DNA of 32,873 nucleotides from Sandaracinaceae bacterium (GTDB lineage: Bacteria > Myxococcota_A > Polyangia > Polyangiales > JADJQN01), in the NCBI GenBank assembly GCA_947483975.1, contig CANKOL010000015.1:1-32873 (forward strand), in the 5' to 3' direction. Both the position numbers and the translations under genes were made by a program. The notes beneath the pieces are model-generated. The model was not told the origin of the DNA. It saw nothing but the letters and a program-made list of their open reading frames with translations, and did no database searches. Below, one piece after another: positions 8,240 through 17,136 of the stretch (position 1 is its first letter; every line of letters begins with the position of its first letter).

Positions 8240-10405
8240 TCAGGGCGCGGGGCAGACGAGGTGACCGTCGAGGATCTCGGAGGTGCTGTCCCAGTAGTGG
8301 TAGCCGACCGTGGCGCCCATCGCCGCGGGCGTCGTGTAGAGCGCCACGGACGACGCGCTCACGGCGCCCATCTCCGGCCTCAGCGCGCGCGGCGCGTCAT
8401 CGAGCGCGAGCCCATCCGCCTCCGAGACACGCACCGCGTAGACCGCGCCGCTGCCCGGCGTGCGGCCCGTCCCAGCCCAGGCGACGACGAAGCCGCCGCG
8501 CGCGTCGGGGGCGACGGGCGAGCCTCCTGCGCGCGCCCAGCCGCTCGCCACGAACGCGCCGCCCGCGCCTCCGTACACGACCGCAGGGAAGCCGCCCGGC
8601 GCCGCCGACGTCGAGAGCTGAACGGGCGCGGTCGAGGTCGCCGACTCAGGCGCCGCAGGGTCGAAGCGCACGAGGGAGAACCAGACCGACTCAGCGCCGG
8701 TGCTCGCGCAGTCCTCCAGCCACGTGACGCCGAGGTCGTAGGTCGCGCCGCGCCGCGCGCCGACGGCGAGGCTCACGTAGTCTGCGCGTCCACCTGCGGG
8801 CACCTCGAAGAACGGGGCCCGCGGCGCGAGCGGCACGGTCGCGCGGCGGAGGTGCGCCGCCGGAGCGCCACCGTCGGCGAGCGCCTCGGAGAAGGGCGCG
8901 GGGGCCGTGGGTCGGCTGACGTAGTGCAGCGCGAGCGGCGTCGCGCCGGTCGTCGTCGCCCGCGGATAGGCGACCACCCAGCCACGCTCGCTCACCGCGG
9001 CGACGGCGGGCGGGCCTCCTCCGTTCGTCCGGCCGAAGGACTCTGGGTGCCCGTCGTTCGTGCCGGTGACCCAGGCGTTGATGGGGCCGCTCGCCGTCTC
9101 GCGGAAGAGCCCCAGCCCGAGCACCGGCACCGGCACCAGGTCCCCGCAGCGCGCGCGCGAGCGGGCGTCGCTCAAGTACACCGCGAGCGCCTCGGGTGAC
9201 GTCGCCGGCCCGAGCGCCGCCACGCTCGGACGCGCCGCGCCGGGGACTCCGCGCCCAGCGCCGGAGCACGCCATCAGCGGGCGCGTCGTGCCACCGTCCG
9301 CGTCGGCCACGCTGCCGTCGGCCACGCCGCCGTCCGTCGCGGTTCTGCCCGTCGGGAACGCGCCGACGTCCACGCCCAGCCAGACGTTCGAGCGCGCCTC
9401 CGGCCCATACATGAGCAGCCTCTGCGCGCTGTCGAGCCAGCCCGCGCGCAGGCGCCCTTGGCCGCAGCCGTTGGTCTGAATGCCCACCGCGAACGCGCCC
9501 TCGCTCCCGATCGGCGAGGTCGCGAGGTCGGCGAGCGCGCAGTCGTACACCTGCACGTCGACCGTGCGCGCCGGGGGCACGCAGCGCTCCGAGGCGCACG
9601 GCCAAGCGCAATCCGTGTCGTGGTGGCAGCCGTCCGCAAACCCTCCGTCGACGGTCTCGCACGCGCCGAGCGGCACACTGCCGCTGCCGGCGTCGTAGCT
9701 GGCGCCGCCGTCCGCGGTGCCCCACGTGCAGCGGGGCGCGGGACACTCGGAGTCGCTGCCGCACTCCGGAGTCGCGAGCCACACGGGCTTCCGTGTCGCG
9801 CACTCGAGGCCAACGTCGGTGGTCGCCACGTTGTTGAACCCGTTGCGCTGTGGGCCCTCCACATAGGCGTTCGTCTGCTGGACGACGGGCATCCCGGCGC
9901 GGAGCCTCCCGTCTTCGGCGAGCGCGAAGGTGTACGTCGCGCCCGTGTCCGTCGTGTACGTGCCGCTGCCTGCGGTGCCCCAGGTCAGGCTCGCGGCGCT
10001 GCTCGTGTCGAGCGCGTGGAGCGGCGGCGCAGGCGTGAGCGCGTCGCCGTCATCGATGACGAGATCACAGTCGTTGTCGAGCCCGTCGCAAACCTCTGCG
10101 TGCCCCAGGTAGACGCTCGCGCGCCCGTCGTCGCAGTCATCGCCGCCCGGGCACGTTGCTGAGGTGTGACCGTCGTCGTCGGCGTCGAGCGGGCGATAGA
10201 CGCACGTGCCCGGATTGCCCCCGACGATCGCCGAGCACTGATACCGCACACACGCGGTGATGACCTCGTCGCCGGGAGTCACGTTGAGGACGTCGCACTC
10301 CGCGTCCGTCGTGCAGGCAGGCAGGGACACCTCCTTCACCAGGAGTGAGCAACCGGAGAGTGTGGCGAAGAGGCCGAGCCAGAGCCCCTGTTCGATGCGC
10401 GTCAT
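8240..10405 (-). CDS. Lipoprotein with one putative metal-binding repeat and large unknown domain (721 aa)
   Basis: ATG 10405 gives MTRIEQGLWLGLFATLSGC (lipobox). Contains DADDDGH...DDCDD...EVCDGLDNDCDLVIDD and DGG linkers. Confidence 0.8.
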   Translation of the reverse strand: MTRIEQGLWLGLFATLSGCSLLVKEVSLPACTTDAECDVLNVTPGDEVITACVRYQCSAIVGGNPGTCVYRPLDADDDGHTSATCPGGDDCDDGRASVYLGHAEVCDGLDNDCDLVIDDGDALTPAPPLHALDTSSAASLTWGTAGSGTYTTDTGATYTFALAEDGRLRAGMPVVQQTNAYVEGPQRNGFNNVATTDVGLECATRKPVWLATPECGSDSECPAPRCTWGTADGGASYDAGSGSVPLGACETVDGGFADGCHHDTDCAWPCASERCVPPARTVDVQVYDCALADLATSPIGSEGAFAVGIQTNGCGQGRLRAGWLDSAQRLLMYGPEARSNVWLGVDVGAFPTGRTATDGGVADGSVADADGGTTRPLMACSGAGRGVPGAARPSVAALGPATSPEALAVYLSDARSRARCGDLVPVPVLGLGLFRETASGPINAWVTGTNDGHPESFGRTNGGGPPAVAAVSERGWVVAYPRATTTGATPLALHYVSRPTAPAPFSEALADGGAPAAHLRRATVPLAPRAPFFEVPAGGRADYVSLAVGARRGATYDLGVTWLEDCASTGAESVWFSLVRFDPAAPESATSTAPVQLSTSAAPGGFPAVVYGGAGGAFVASGWARAGGSPVAPDARGGFVVAWAGTGRTPGSGAVYAVRVSEADGLALDDAPRALRPEMGAVSASSVALYTTPAAMGATVGYHYWDSTSEILDGHLVCPAP

Positions 10406-10760
10406 CGGGCCAGACGCTACCACGGTCGCCAAGTCCCTCGCTGGATGCGCGCCGAGCCCCGGCGCCACCGTCGCGAGCTCGCGCAGCAGCACGCCGCCCG
10501 GCGCGCCGAGCCCCGCGCGTCGCGCAGGTCCGTCAGCCCGACGCTCCGTCAGCGCAGCTCGGACACGGCCTCGAGCGAGCCGATGGCGAGGCGATCGCCG
10601 CGACGCTATCCTCGGCGCGCCCGGCGGCCCGAGCGACCCCGAGGGCGCGCTCCGGCGACTCGCGGGCCGCTCGGGAGGCTCGCCGCTCTGGAGAAGCTCC
10701 GGGAGGCGCGCGACGTAGCGACACGGCGAGCATGAGATCGACCCTCGGAGGAGGTGGGAT

Positions 10761-11300
10761 ATGGGCCCGGATCCATTCGATGCGGTGGCGGTGGCCGAGG
10801 CCGTGGCGTCGCGCGAGCCGGAGCGTTTCGTCGAAGGGATCCGCGCGTTGGCCGAGGCCGCGCGGGTCGGCGACGCCTACGAAGTGCCGCTGCCCGATCG
10901 CGCCGCACTCCCAGGGTTCCTAGCGTTCGCCGACGCGGACGCGGCCGACGACCTCCTCTACCTGCTCGAGGCCTACGGTGCCTTTCTTCCCCCCGCGACG
11001 CCCCGGGATCTGTGGGCGTGGGGCGGGCCGCTGCTGGTCCGCTTCGGTCCCGCTCGACTTGGACTCCGACTCGGGATTGGCGTCCGGGCGGCGAGGGACC
11101 CGCTCGCAGCGCTGGAGGCGGTCCTGACCGCCGCGGACGCGACGCCGGGACCGTGGGCCCGCGAGGGCATCCCTACGTTTCTACATACGCTCTCCACCGC
11201 CGCCGCCCCGCTGCCCGAGTCCGCCCGCGCGGCGCTCGCCTGCCGCTCCACGGACCCCCGCTGGGCGCCCTTCGCTGGTGCGCTCGAGGACGCGCGGTGA
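10761..11300 (+). CDS. Hypothetical helical protein (179 aa)
   Basis: Strong GGAGGAGG RBS at 10748-10755 before the ATG and coding-like GC3 bias. No motif recognised. Confidence 0.7.
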   Translation: MGPDPFDAVAVAEAVASREPERFVEGIRALAEAARVGDAYEVPLPDRAALPGFLAFADADAADDLLYLLEAYGAFLPPATPRDLWAWGGPLLVRFGPARLGLRLGIGVRAARDPLAALEAVLTAADATPGPWAREGIPTFLHTLSTAAAPLPESARAALACRSTDPRWAPFAGALEDAR

Positions 11301-11331
11301 TGGGCGGTGGGGCTCGCGTGAGTGCGGCGCG

Positions 11332-11595
11332 TCACGACGCAAGCGCACCGCGCCATGAGCGTGAGCGCCGGCGTCCGGAAGTCCGTGCAGGGCGCTCGTT
11401 CATCGATGGGAATCCCCCGCTCGACGACGGGTTGCGCGGCCAAAGGTTCAGCTCTTCCGGAGTCGCGTCTTGGGCTGGGACCACCGCCGGCGCGGTCGTG
11501 TGAGGCCTGGGATGGCGCTGGGCCGACGCGCTCGACGCCGTCAACGACGCCCCCGCGACCAGCGCGGCCGCGACGACCCATGAAAGTCCCCGCAT
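11332..11595 (-). CDS. Small secreted protein (87 aa)
   Basis: ATG 11595 is preceded by GGGGGA. MRGLSWVVAAALVAGASLTASSASA-Q is a convincing Sec signal peptide. It is hidden at the end of the shadow ORF 11332..13062. Confidence 0.55.
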   Translation of the reverse strand: MRGLSWVVAAALVAGASLTASSASAQRHPRPHTTAPAVVPAQDATPEELNLWPRNPSSSGGFPSMNERPARTSGRRRSRSWRGALAS

Positions 11596-11841
11596 GAATC
11601 CCCCGCGAGGTTGCACGTGACTCGTTGCTGACGTTCGGCACGGGCTCGCGCGCGGCTCGCACTCGCGGGTCCCGACACCGCCGCGCTCCTTGGCGCCCGC
11701 ATCGACCACGAGAGCCCGAGTCCAGGCGTCGTCCACAAGCTTCCGGGCGGACCCTGGAAATTCAGCTTTTCCGGTGGCCGCGACTTCGTTATCTTCGGGG
11801 GCTCGTCCGCCGCCGAAGGAGCGGTGGCGAGGGGGCAGGCG

Positions 11842-13398
11842 ATGCGGGCAGTGGCGATTCTCGGCGTGATCACCGCTCTCGCGCTCGTGGCCTATCTGGT
11901 CACGACCCGCGAGCGTGCGGTCGATCCTCGCCTGCAGGAGCGCTACGCGGGCAGGCTCGGACGCCTCGAGACGCTCGACCACGAGCTGAGCGAGGATATC
12001 GTGCGGGCGCGCGCCGGGATCGTCGCGAACTACGACCCGCTCGTCGCGGTGCTGCGCGAGCTCCGCGTGGTCCACGAACAGCTCGCCGAGCCGCCGCGCT
12101 TCCTCGAGGACGAGGACCGGGCAGCGCTCACGCGCTCGGTCACCCGCTCGCTCGCGACCCTCTCGCGCGAGGCGGAGCTCATCGAGTCGTTCAAGAGCGA
12201 GAACGCGATCCTCCTCAACTCGCTCCGTTTTCTGCCCGTCGCGGGCGCGAGCCTCGCCGCGCACGTCCAGTCGGTCGGAGAGGTCGCGCGCATCGACGCG
12301 CTCGTGCGCGATGTGCTGATGCTCCACCTCTGGAACGAGCCCTCGCTGCACGCGCGCGTCGGAGCGGCCCTCGCGAGCCTCAGCGCCGACCCGAGCCTGT
12401 CGGCTGACGAGGTCGACCTCGTGCGACGTCACTCGAACGTCGTGACCTCGCGGCGGCCGCGCGTCGAGCGGCTGCTCAGCGAGCTCGACGCGCTGCGGGC
12501 CGCGCGACGCTCCGAGCGCCTCGGGGACCACTATCGAGCGGCGCTCGCCGTCGCGGTCAGGGCCGCGGATCGGCGCGGCAGCGTCGTGTTCGTCCTGGCG
12601 CTCGCCGTCGTCGTGCTCGGCGCGGCGCTGATCGTCCTGCGCATGCGCAAGAGCGCGCGCGCGATCCAGCACACCTCCGAGCAGCTCGCCGCCGCGGTCG
12701 ACATGAAGAACCGCTTCGTGTCGATGAGCTCCCATGAATTTCGGACTCCGCTGAGCGTGATCCTCTCGTCGACCGAGCTGCTCGAGGCCTACGGCGAGCG
12801 CTGGACCCCGGAGAAGAAGCAGGTGCACATCGACCGGATCCGAAGCTCCGTGCAGAACATGACGCAGCTCATCGACGGCATCCTGCTGATCGGGAGAGGC
12901 GAGGCCGGCGCGCTCGAATTCAAGCCTGCGCCGATGGACCTCGACCGGGTCTGCCTGGACGTCATCGGCACCGTGGAGCTCAAGACCGGAGGCGACCGGA
13001 AGATCGAGTTCGTTGCCTACGAAGGCGAGCCGGTGGTGGCCGACGAGCGACTGATTCGGCACGTCCTCGACAACCTCCTCTCGAACGCGATCAAGTACTC
13101 ACCGGACGGTGGGCTCGTGCGTCTGTCCGCGGCGCGCGAGCGGAGCGCGGTGCGGCTCGTCGTCCGCGACGAGGGCATCGGGATCCCGGAGCCGGATCGC
13201 GAGCGGCTCTTCGGGAGCTTCCGCCGTGGCAGCAACGTCGGGGCGATCCCCGGCACGGGCCTCGGCCTCGCGGTCGTCAAGCGCGCCATCGATCTCCACG
13301 GCGGCAGCGTGAGCGTCGAGAGCGCGGTGGGCGCAGGGAGCCGCTTCGAGGTCGTGTTTCCCGTCGACGAAGTGTTGCAGAAGGAGAGCGCTGCGTGA
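11842..13398 (+). CDS. Sensor histidine kinase with DAHL-type all-helical periplasmic domain
   Basis: Two TM helices flank LDHELSEDIVRARAGIVANYDPLV and LIESFKSENAILLNSLRFLP (DAHL-like signatures). H-box SHEFRTPL, N-box NLLSNAIKYS, G boxes DEGIGI and GTGLGL. Alternative GTG start at 11824. Confidence 0.9.
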   Translation: MRAVAILGVITALALVAYLVTTRERAVDPRLQERYAGRLGRLETLDHELSEDIVRARAGIVANYDPLVAVLRELRVVHEQLAEPPRFLEDEDRAALTRSVTRSLATLSREAELIESFKSENAILLNSLRFLPVAGASLAAHVQSVGEVARIDALVRDVLMLHLWNEPSLHARVGAALASLSADPSLSADEVDLVRRHSNVVTSRRPRVERLLSELDALRAARRSERLGDHYRAALAVAVRAADRRGSVVFVLALAVVVLGAALIVLRMRKSARAIQHTSEQLAAAVDMKNRFVSMSSHEFRTPLSVILSSTELLEAYGERWTPEKKQVHIDRIRSSVQNMTQLIDGILLIGRGEAGALEFKPAPMDLDRVCLDVIGTVELKTGGDRKIEFVAYEGEPVVADERLIRHVLDNLLSNAIKYSPDGGLVRLSAARERSAVRLVVRDEGIGIPEPDRERLFGSFRRGSNVGAIPGTGLGLAVVKRAIDLHGGSVSVESAVGAGSRFEVVFPVDEVLQKESAA

Positions 13399-14852
13399 CG
13401 CGAATCCTGGTGATCGAGGACGACGCGGGGATTCGCTCGAACATCCTCGAGCTGCTCGAAGCGGAGGAGTTCGAGGCCGTCGGCGCCGCGGACGGGGCCG
13501 CCGGGGTCGCGGAGGCGCTCGCGCGCGCGCCCGATCTCGTCCTCTGCGACATCACCATGCCAGTGCTCGATGGGTATGGCGTGCTCAAGGCGCTCTCCGA
13601 GCACGACGCGACCGCGTCCGTGCCCTTCGTCTTCCTCAGCGCGAGGGCCGAGCGCGCGGAGATCCGGCTCGGCATGAACCTCGGCGCGGACGACTACGTC
13701 ACCAAGCCCTATGCGCGCTCGGACCTGCTCGAGGCGATCCGAGCGCGGCTCGAGCGCGCGCGCGTGCGGCAATCGCAGGTCCCGGAGCGCCCCTCCTCCG
13801 AGCGGCAAGCGCGGCCCTCGAGGGCCGAGCGCCCGACGCGCGCCATCGTGCTCGAGCCGCGGATGCAGGCGGTCTACGACGAGGCGCGGCGCGCGGCGCT
13901 CGGCCCCATCTCGATCCTCATCCTCGGCGAGACGGGCGTCGGCAAGGAGGTCCTCGCGCACGAGATCCACCGGGTCTCGCCGCGCGCGCAGGGGCCGTTC
14001 GTCGCGCTGAACTGCGCTGCGCTCTCCGAGACGCTGCTCGAGAGCGAGCTCTTCGGGCACGAGAAGGGCGCCTTCACCGGCGCGGCGCAGGCGAAGCGCG
14101 GGCTGCTCGAGTCTGCCGACGGCGGCACGGTCTTCCTCGACGAGGTCGGGGATATGCCGCTCTCGACGCAGGTGAAGCTGCTGCGCGTGCTCGAGGAGCG
14201 CCGCGTGATGCGGGTCGGCGGTCGCACGCCGACTCCCGTGGATATGCGCGTCATCTCCGCGACCAATCGTGACATCGAGCGCGACGCGCAGCGCGGCACC
14301 TTTCGCGCAGACCTGCTCTTCCGGCTCAACGGCGCGACGCTCACGATCCCGCCGCTGCGCGAGCGGCGCGTGGAGATCGAGTCGCTCGCTCGAGTCTTCC
14401 TCGCGGCTGCCGCCACCGAGCTCGATCGCCCGGCGCCGCGCCTCGGCCCCGACGCGCTCGCGCGGCTGCTCACGCACGACTGGCCGGGGAACATCCGCGA
14501 GCTACGCAACGCCGTCGAGCGCGCGGTCCTCATGTGCGGCGGCGACGAGATCCGCGCGGAGCATCTCCCCTCGAGGCTCGCGGCAGGCGGCGCCGCGGTC
14601 GCGCTGGCTCCGGGGCGCGGGCTCGCGCCGACCACGCCCGCCGGTCACGCGCCGATGCCCGAGGGCTCTCCCACCGAGGCGCGGGAGGAGCGCCGCGTGG
14701 CGGTCGAGGACGTCGAGCGACGACAGATCGAGGACGCCCTCGCGCGCTGCGGCGGCAACCAGACGCAGGCGGCCTCGATGCTCGGGATCTCGCGACGAAC
14801 CCTGGTGTCGCGGCTCTCGCAGTACGCGTTCCCGCGGCCGAGGCGGAGGTGA
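13395..14852 (+). CDS. NtrC-family sigma54-dependent response regulator (REC-AAA+-HTH)
   Basis: Receiver motifs ILVIEDD, LCDITMP and KP; Walker A GETGVGKE; GAFTGA; Walker B FLDEVGD; WPGNIRELRN; Fis-type HTH GGNQTQAASMLGISRRTL. GTGA overlap with the kinase stop. Confidence 0.95.
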   Translation: MTRILVIEDDAGIRSNILELLEAEEFEAVGAADGAAGVAEALARAPDLVLCDITMPVLDGYGVLKALSEHDATASVPFVFLSARAERAEIRLGMNLGADDYVTKPYARSDLLEAIRARLERARVRQSQVPERPSSERQARPSRAERPTRAIVLEPRMQAVYDEARRAALGPISILILGETGVGKEVLAHEIHRVSPRAQGPFVALNCAALSETLLESELFGHEKGAFTGAAQAKRGLLESADGGTVFLDEVGDMPLSTQVKLLRVLEERRVMRVGGRTPTPVDMRVISATNRDIERDAQRGTFRADLLFRLNGATLTIPPLRERRVEIESLARVFLAAAATELDRPAPRLGPDALARLLTHDWPGNIRELRNAVERAVLMCGGDEIRAEHLPSRLAAGGAAVALAPGRGLAPTTPAGHAPMPEGSPTEAREERRVAVEDVERRQIEDALARCGGNQTQAASMLGISRRTLVSRLSQYAFPRPRRR

Positions 14853-14862
14853 GCGGCGTGGG

Positions 14863-15159
14863 TCAGCGCTGCTCGCACGCGAACGCGATCTCGTCCGGGG
14901 GGAGCGCCGTCCCGTCCGCCGCCGCGCCGCCCCAGCCGAGCATCGCCACGCCGTCGCGGCCGTCGAGCAGACGCCAGTGCCCGCCGCAGTGCGCGGTCAT
15001 CGCGGCGTACAGCGCGCGCGTGCTGGGCACGACGGGGCCTTGCGCGCGGAGGATGCCGCCACCGGGCTGGCGCGCGACGAATCGGACCGACGACGCGCAG
15101 CCGGTGGCCGCGAGCGAGAGGGAGAGAGCGAGCGCGAGGATCGAGAGCGTGCGGGCCAT
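14863..15159 (-). CDS. Small lipoprotein (98 aa)
   Basis: ATG 15159 with GGAG RBS; MARTLSILALALSLSLAATGC lipobox; two further Cys (AHCGG and AFACEQR). Confidence 0.75.
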   Translation of the reverse strand: MARTLSILALALSLSLAATGCASSVRFVARQPGGGILRAQGPVVPSTRALYAAMTAHCGGHWRLLDGRDGVAMLGWGGAAADGTALPPDEIAFACEQR

Positions 15160-15243
15160 ATCGTGTTCTCCGTGTGGTGTGGCGGGCGAGCGGTGGACTC
15201 TGTCGTCGGGCAGCGCCGTCGACGACGTGTGGGTCCGCTCTTG

Positions 15244-15259
15244 AGCACGCCCCGTGCCA
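15244..15259 (-). promoter_or_regulatory. sigma54 (-24/-12) promoter for the 14863..15159 lipoprotein gene
   Basis: Minus strand reads TGGCACGGGGCGTGCT against consensus TGGCACGNNNNTTGCW. GG and GC are separated by exactly 10 nt, about 85 nt upstream of the ATG. Confidence 0.7.
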
Positions 15260-15297
15260 CGTCGTTTAACCCACGTTTCTCGGCGGCTCCGCGCGCG

Positions 15298-15360
15298 TTG
15301 CGCAAGGGATTGCGCGAGTCGCGCCGCCGGCGCGCGCAGGTCGCGCAAGCGGGCGCGCAA
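15298..15360. promoter_or_regulatory. Candidate EBP enhancer: two pairs of TTGCGCAA-like palindromes
   Basis: TTGCGCAA at 15298, TTGCGCGA at 15310, TCGCGCAA at 15341 and GCGCGCAA at 15353. Spacing is 12 bp within each pair, and they lie about 40-100 bp upstream of the -24 element. Confidence 0.5.
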
Positions 15361-16347
15361 CTCGCTGCCCTGCTCCTCGTGGCGTGCGCAATCGGCGCCT
15401 GCGAGCAGCACCCCGCGGAGCGCGAGGGCGGCGTCCGCGCGGTCGCGGTTCAGTCCGCTCGCGGCGGGCCGATCGCGCCGCTCCCCTCGGAGGGACCCGC
15501 GGTCGACCCTGCGCGCGCCGCGCTCGGACGCAGCCTCTGGCGCGAGCCGCTCATGTCCCACGACGGTCGAGTCGTCTGTAACGATTGCCACGAGCTCGCG
15601 CGCGCGGGCACCGACGGCCGCGCGCGGTCGGCGCTCGCCGGGCGCCCCGAGGGCGGCATCAACGTGCCCTCGATCTACAACCTCGCCTACACCTTTCGCT
15701 TCTCGTGGTCAGGGCGCTTCGAGCGGATCGATCAGATCATGACCGTGGCGATCGCGAGCCCAGCCGCGATGGGCACGAGCTGGGCCGAGATCGAGGCGCG
15801 CTTGCGCAGCGCTCCCGAGCGTCGCCGCGACTTCGAGCGCGTGTACCCCGACGGCGTCACGCAGGAGAACGTGCGCGACGCGCTCACGCAGTTCCTGCTC
15901 TCGCTTCGCACCCCGGACGCGCCCTTCGATCGCTGGCTGCGCGGTGACGATGCGGCGATCTCGAGCGACGCGGCGGAGGGCTACGCGCTCTTTCGCGAGT
16001 ACGGCTGCGCGAGCTGCCACCAGGGCGTCGCGATCGGCGCGAACTTGTTCCAGCGCTTCGGCGTCATGCGCGACTACTTCGCGGATCGCGGCCACCCCAC
16101 GCCGGCAGACGACGGCCTCTACCTGGGGACCCACCGAGAGAGCGACCGCCACGTCTTCCGCGTGCCGAGCCTGCGCAACGTCGCGCTGACCGCGCCGTAC
16201 TTTCACGACGGGAGCGCGGCGACGCTGGAGGCCGCCGTCGAGACCATGGCGCGCTACCAGCTCGGGCGTCCGGTCCCGCCCGAGGCGCTCGCGAAGATCG
16301 TCGCGTTCCTGAACACGCTCACGGGGCGCCTCGACGCGGGCCCCTGA
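15298..16347 (+). CDS. Di-heme cytochrome c peroxidase (bCCP/MauG family) homologue, lipoprotein; start uncertain
   Basis: Two CxxCH motifs (CNDCH, CASCH), plus INVPSIYN, WSGR, FRVPSLRNVALTAPYFHDGS and a distal Met in ETMARYQLG. Lipobox AIGAC. The TTG start at 15298 is a best guess. Confidence 0.9.
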   Translation: MRKGLRESRRRRAQVAQAGAQLAALLLVACAIGACEQHPAEREGGVRAVAVQSARGGPIAPLPSEGPAVDPARAALGRSLWREPLMSHDGRVVCNDCHELARAGTDGRARSALAGRPEGGINVPSIYNLAYTFRFSWSGRFERIDQIMTVAIASPAAMGTSWAEIEARLRSAPERRRDFERVYPDGVTQENVRDALTQFLLSLRTPDAPFDRWLRGDDAAISSDAAEGYALFREYGCASCHQGVAIGANLFQRFGVMRDYFADRGHPTPADDGLYLGTHRESDRHVFRVPSLRNVALTAPYFHDGSAATLEAAVETMARYQLGRPVPPEALAKIVAFLNTLTGRLDAGP

Positions 16348-16359
16348 GCCCGCCACAGC

Positions 16360-16941
16360 CTAGCTGTGCGTCGACGGGCGCGGCGGCGCGGCCGGGGCAG
16401 GGCGCTGGAGCGTACGCACGAGGCGAACCGTCTCGTAGCCGTGCGCCTGCAAGCGCGCGAGGAGCTCCCGGTAGGTCGCGTCCTCCATCGTGGGAGTGCG
16501 GCTCAGGATCCACAGATAGTCCCGGCTCGGGTGCCCGACGACGGCGTACGAGTAGTCGTCGGCGAGGTCGATCACCCAGTAGTCGCCCCAGAACGGGCGA
16601 AAGAAGCTCACCTCGAGCTTCGCGTTCGTGACCGGGTCGAGCACCCGCGCGCGCCCGAGCGCCGAGTCCTCCTCCCCGTCGAGCGAGCCTTTGCGGCAGC
16701 GATTCAGCACGTCGATGTCGCCGTCGGGGCGCACGGTGTAGGTCGCCGTCGTCGCGGTGCAGCCGCGCGTGAAGCTCTGCGGGAAGCTCGCGATCTCGTA
16801 CCAGGTGCCGACGTATCGGCTGAGGTCGACGTGCGCGACCGTCCCGAGCGGCGGCAGCCGGAGCCGCTCAGTCGTGGTCGCAGCGCAGCCGGTGAGCCCG
16901 CACAGGGCAGCGAGCGAGGCGAGCATGGTGGACAGCTTCAT
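16360..16941 (-). CDS. blc: Outer-membrane lipocalin lipoprotein (Blc family)
   Basis: ATG 16941 with GGAGGG RBS; lipobox LTGC; motifs VDLSRYVGTWYEIASFP, KLEVSFFRPFWGDYWV, DYSYAVVG and YLWILSR. Confidence 0.92.
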   Translation of the reverse strand: MKLSTMLASLAALCGLTGCAATTTERLRLPPLGTVAHVDLSRYVGTWYEIASFPQSFTRGCTATTATYTVRPDGDIDVLNRCRKGSLDGEEDSALGRARVLDPVTNAKLEVSFFRPFWGDYWVIDLADDYSYAVVGHPSRDYLWILSRTPTMEDATYRELLARLQAHGYETVRLVRTLQRPAPAAPPRPSTHS

Positions 16942-17136
16942 GAGACGTCCCTCCGGGCTAGGAACCTGGACCATCTCGCGAGCCCGAGCCACGCAGCGCT
17001 CGATGTGCAGGAGAGCGCGTCATTCGTCGTCCGCCGCCGAGCGACGCGGCTGCTGAGAGCGCCTCGAGCGCGCACGCGACTCCCTCGTCGAGTCCGAGGC
17101 GGCCGATGTGATACCGTCTGGCGCGGAGGGATTCGA

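Noticed and set aside
10406..10740. Possible degraded gene upstream of 8240..10405
   Set aside because: Fragmentary frames with stops and no recognisable motif.
14269..15297. Long N-terminal extension of the cytochrome c peroxidase ORF (692 aa)
   Set aside because: It overlaps the response regulator and the antisense lipoprotein gene; the signal peptide and lipobox place the real start near 15300.
16366..17136. N-terminal extension of the 663-aa ORF
   Set aside because: It is antisense to blc; the RBS and signal peptide indicate a start at 17137.
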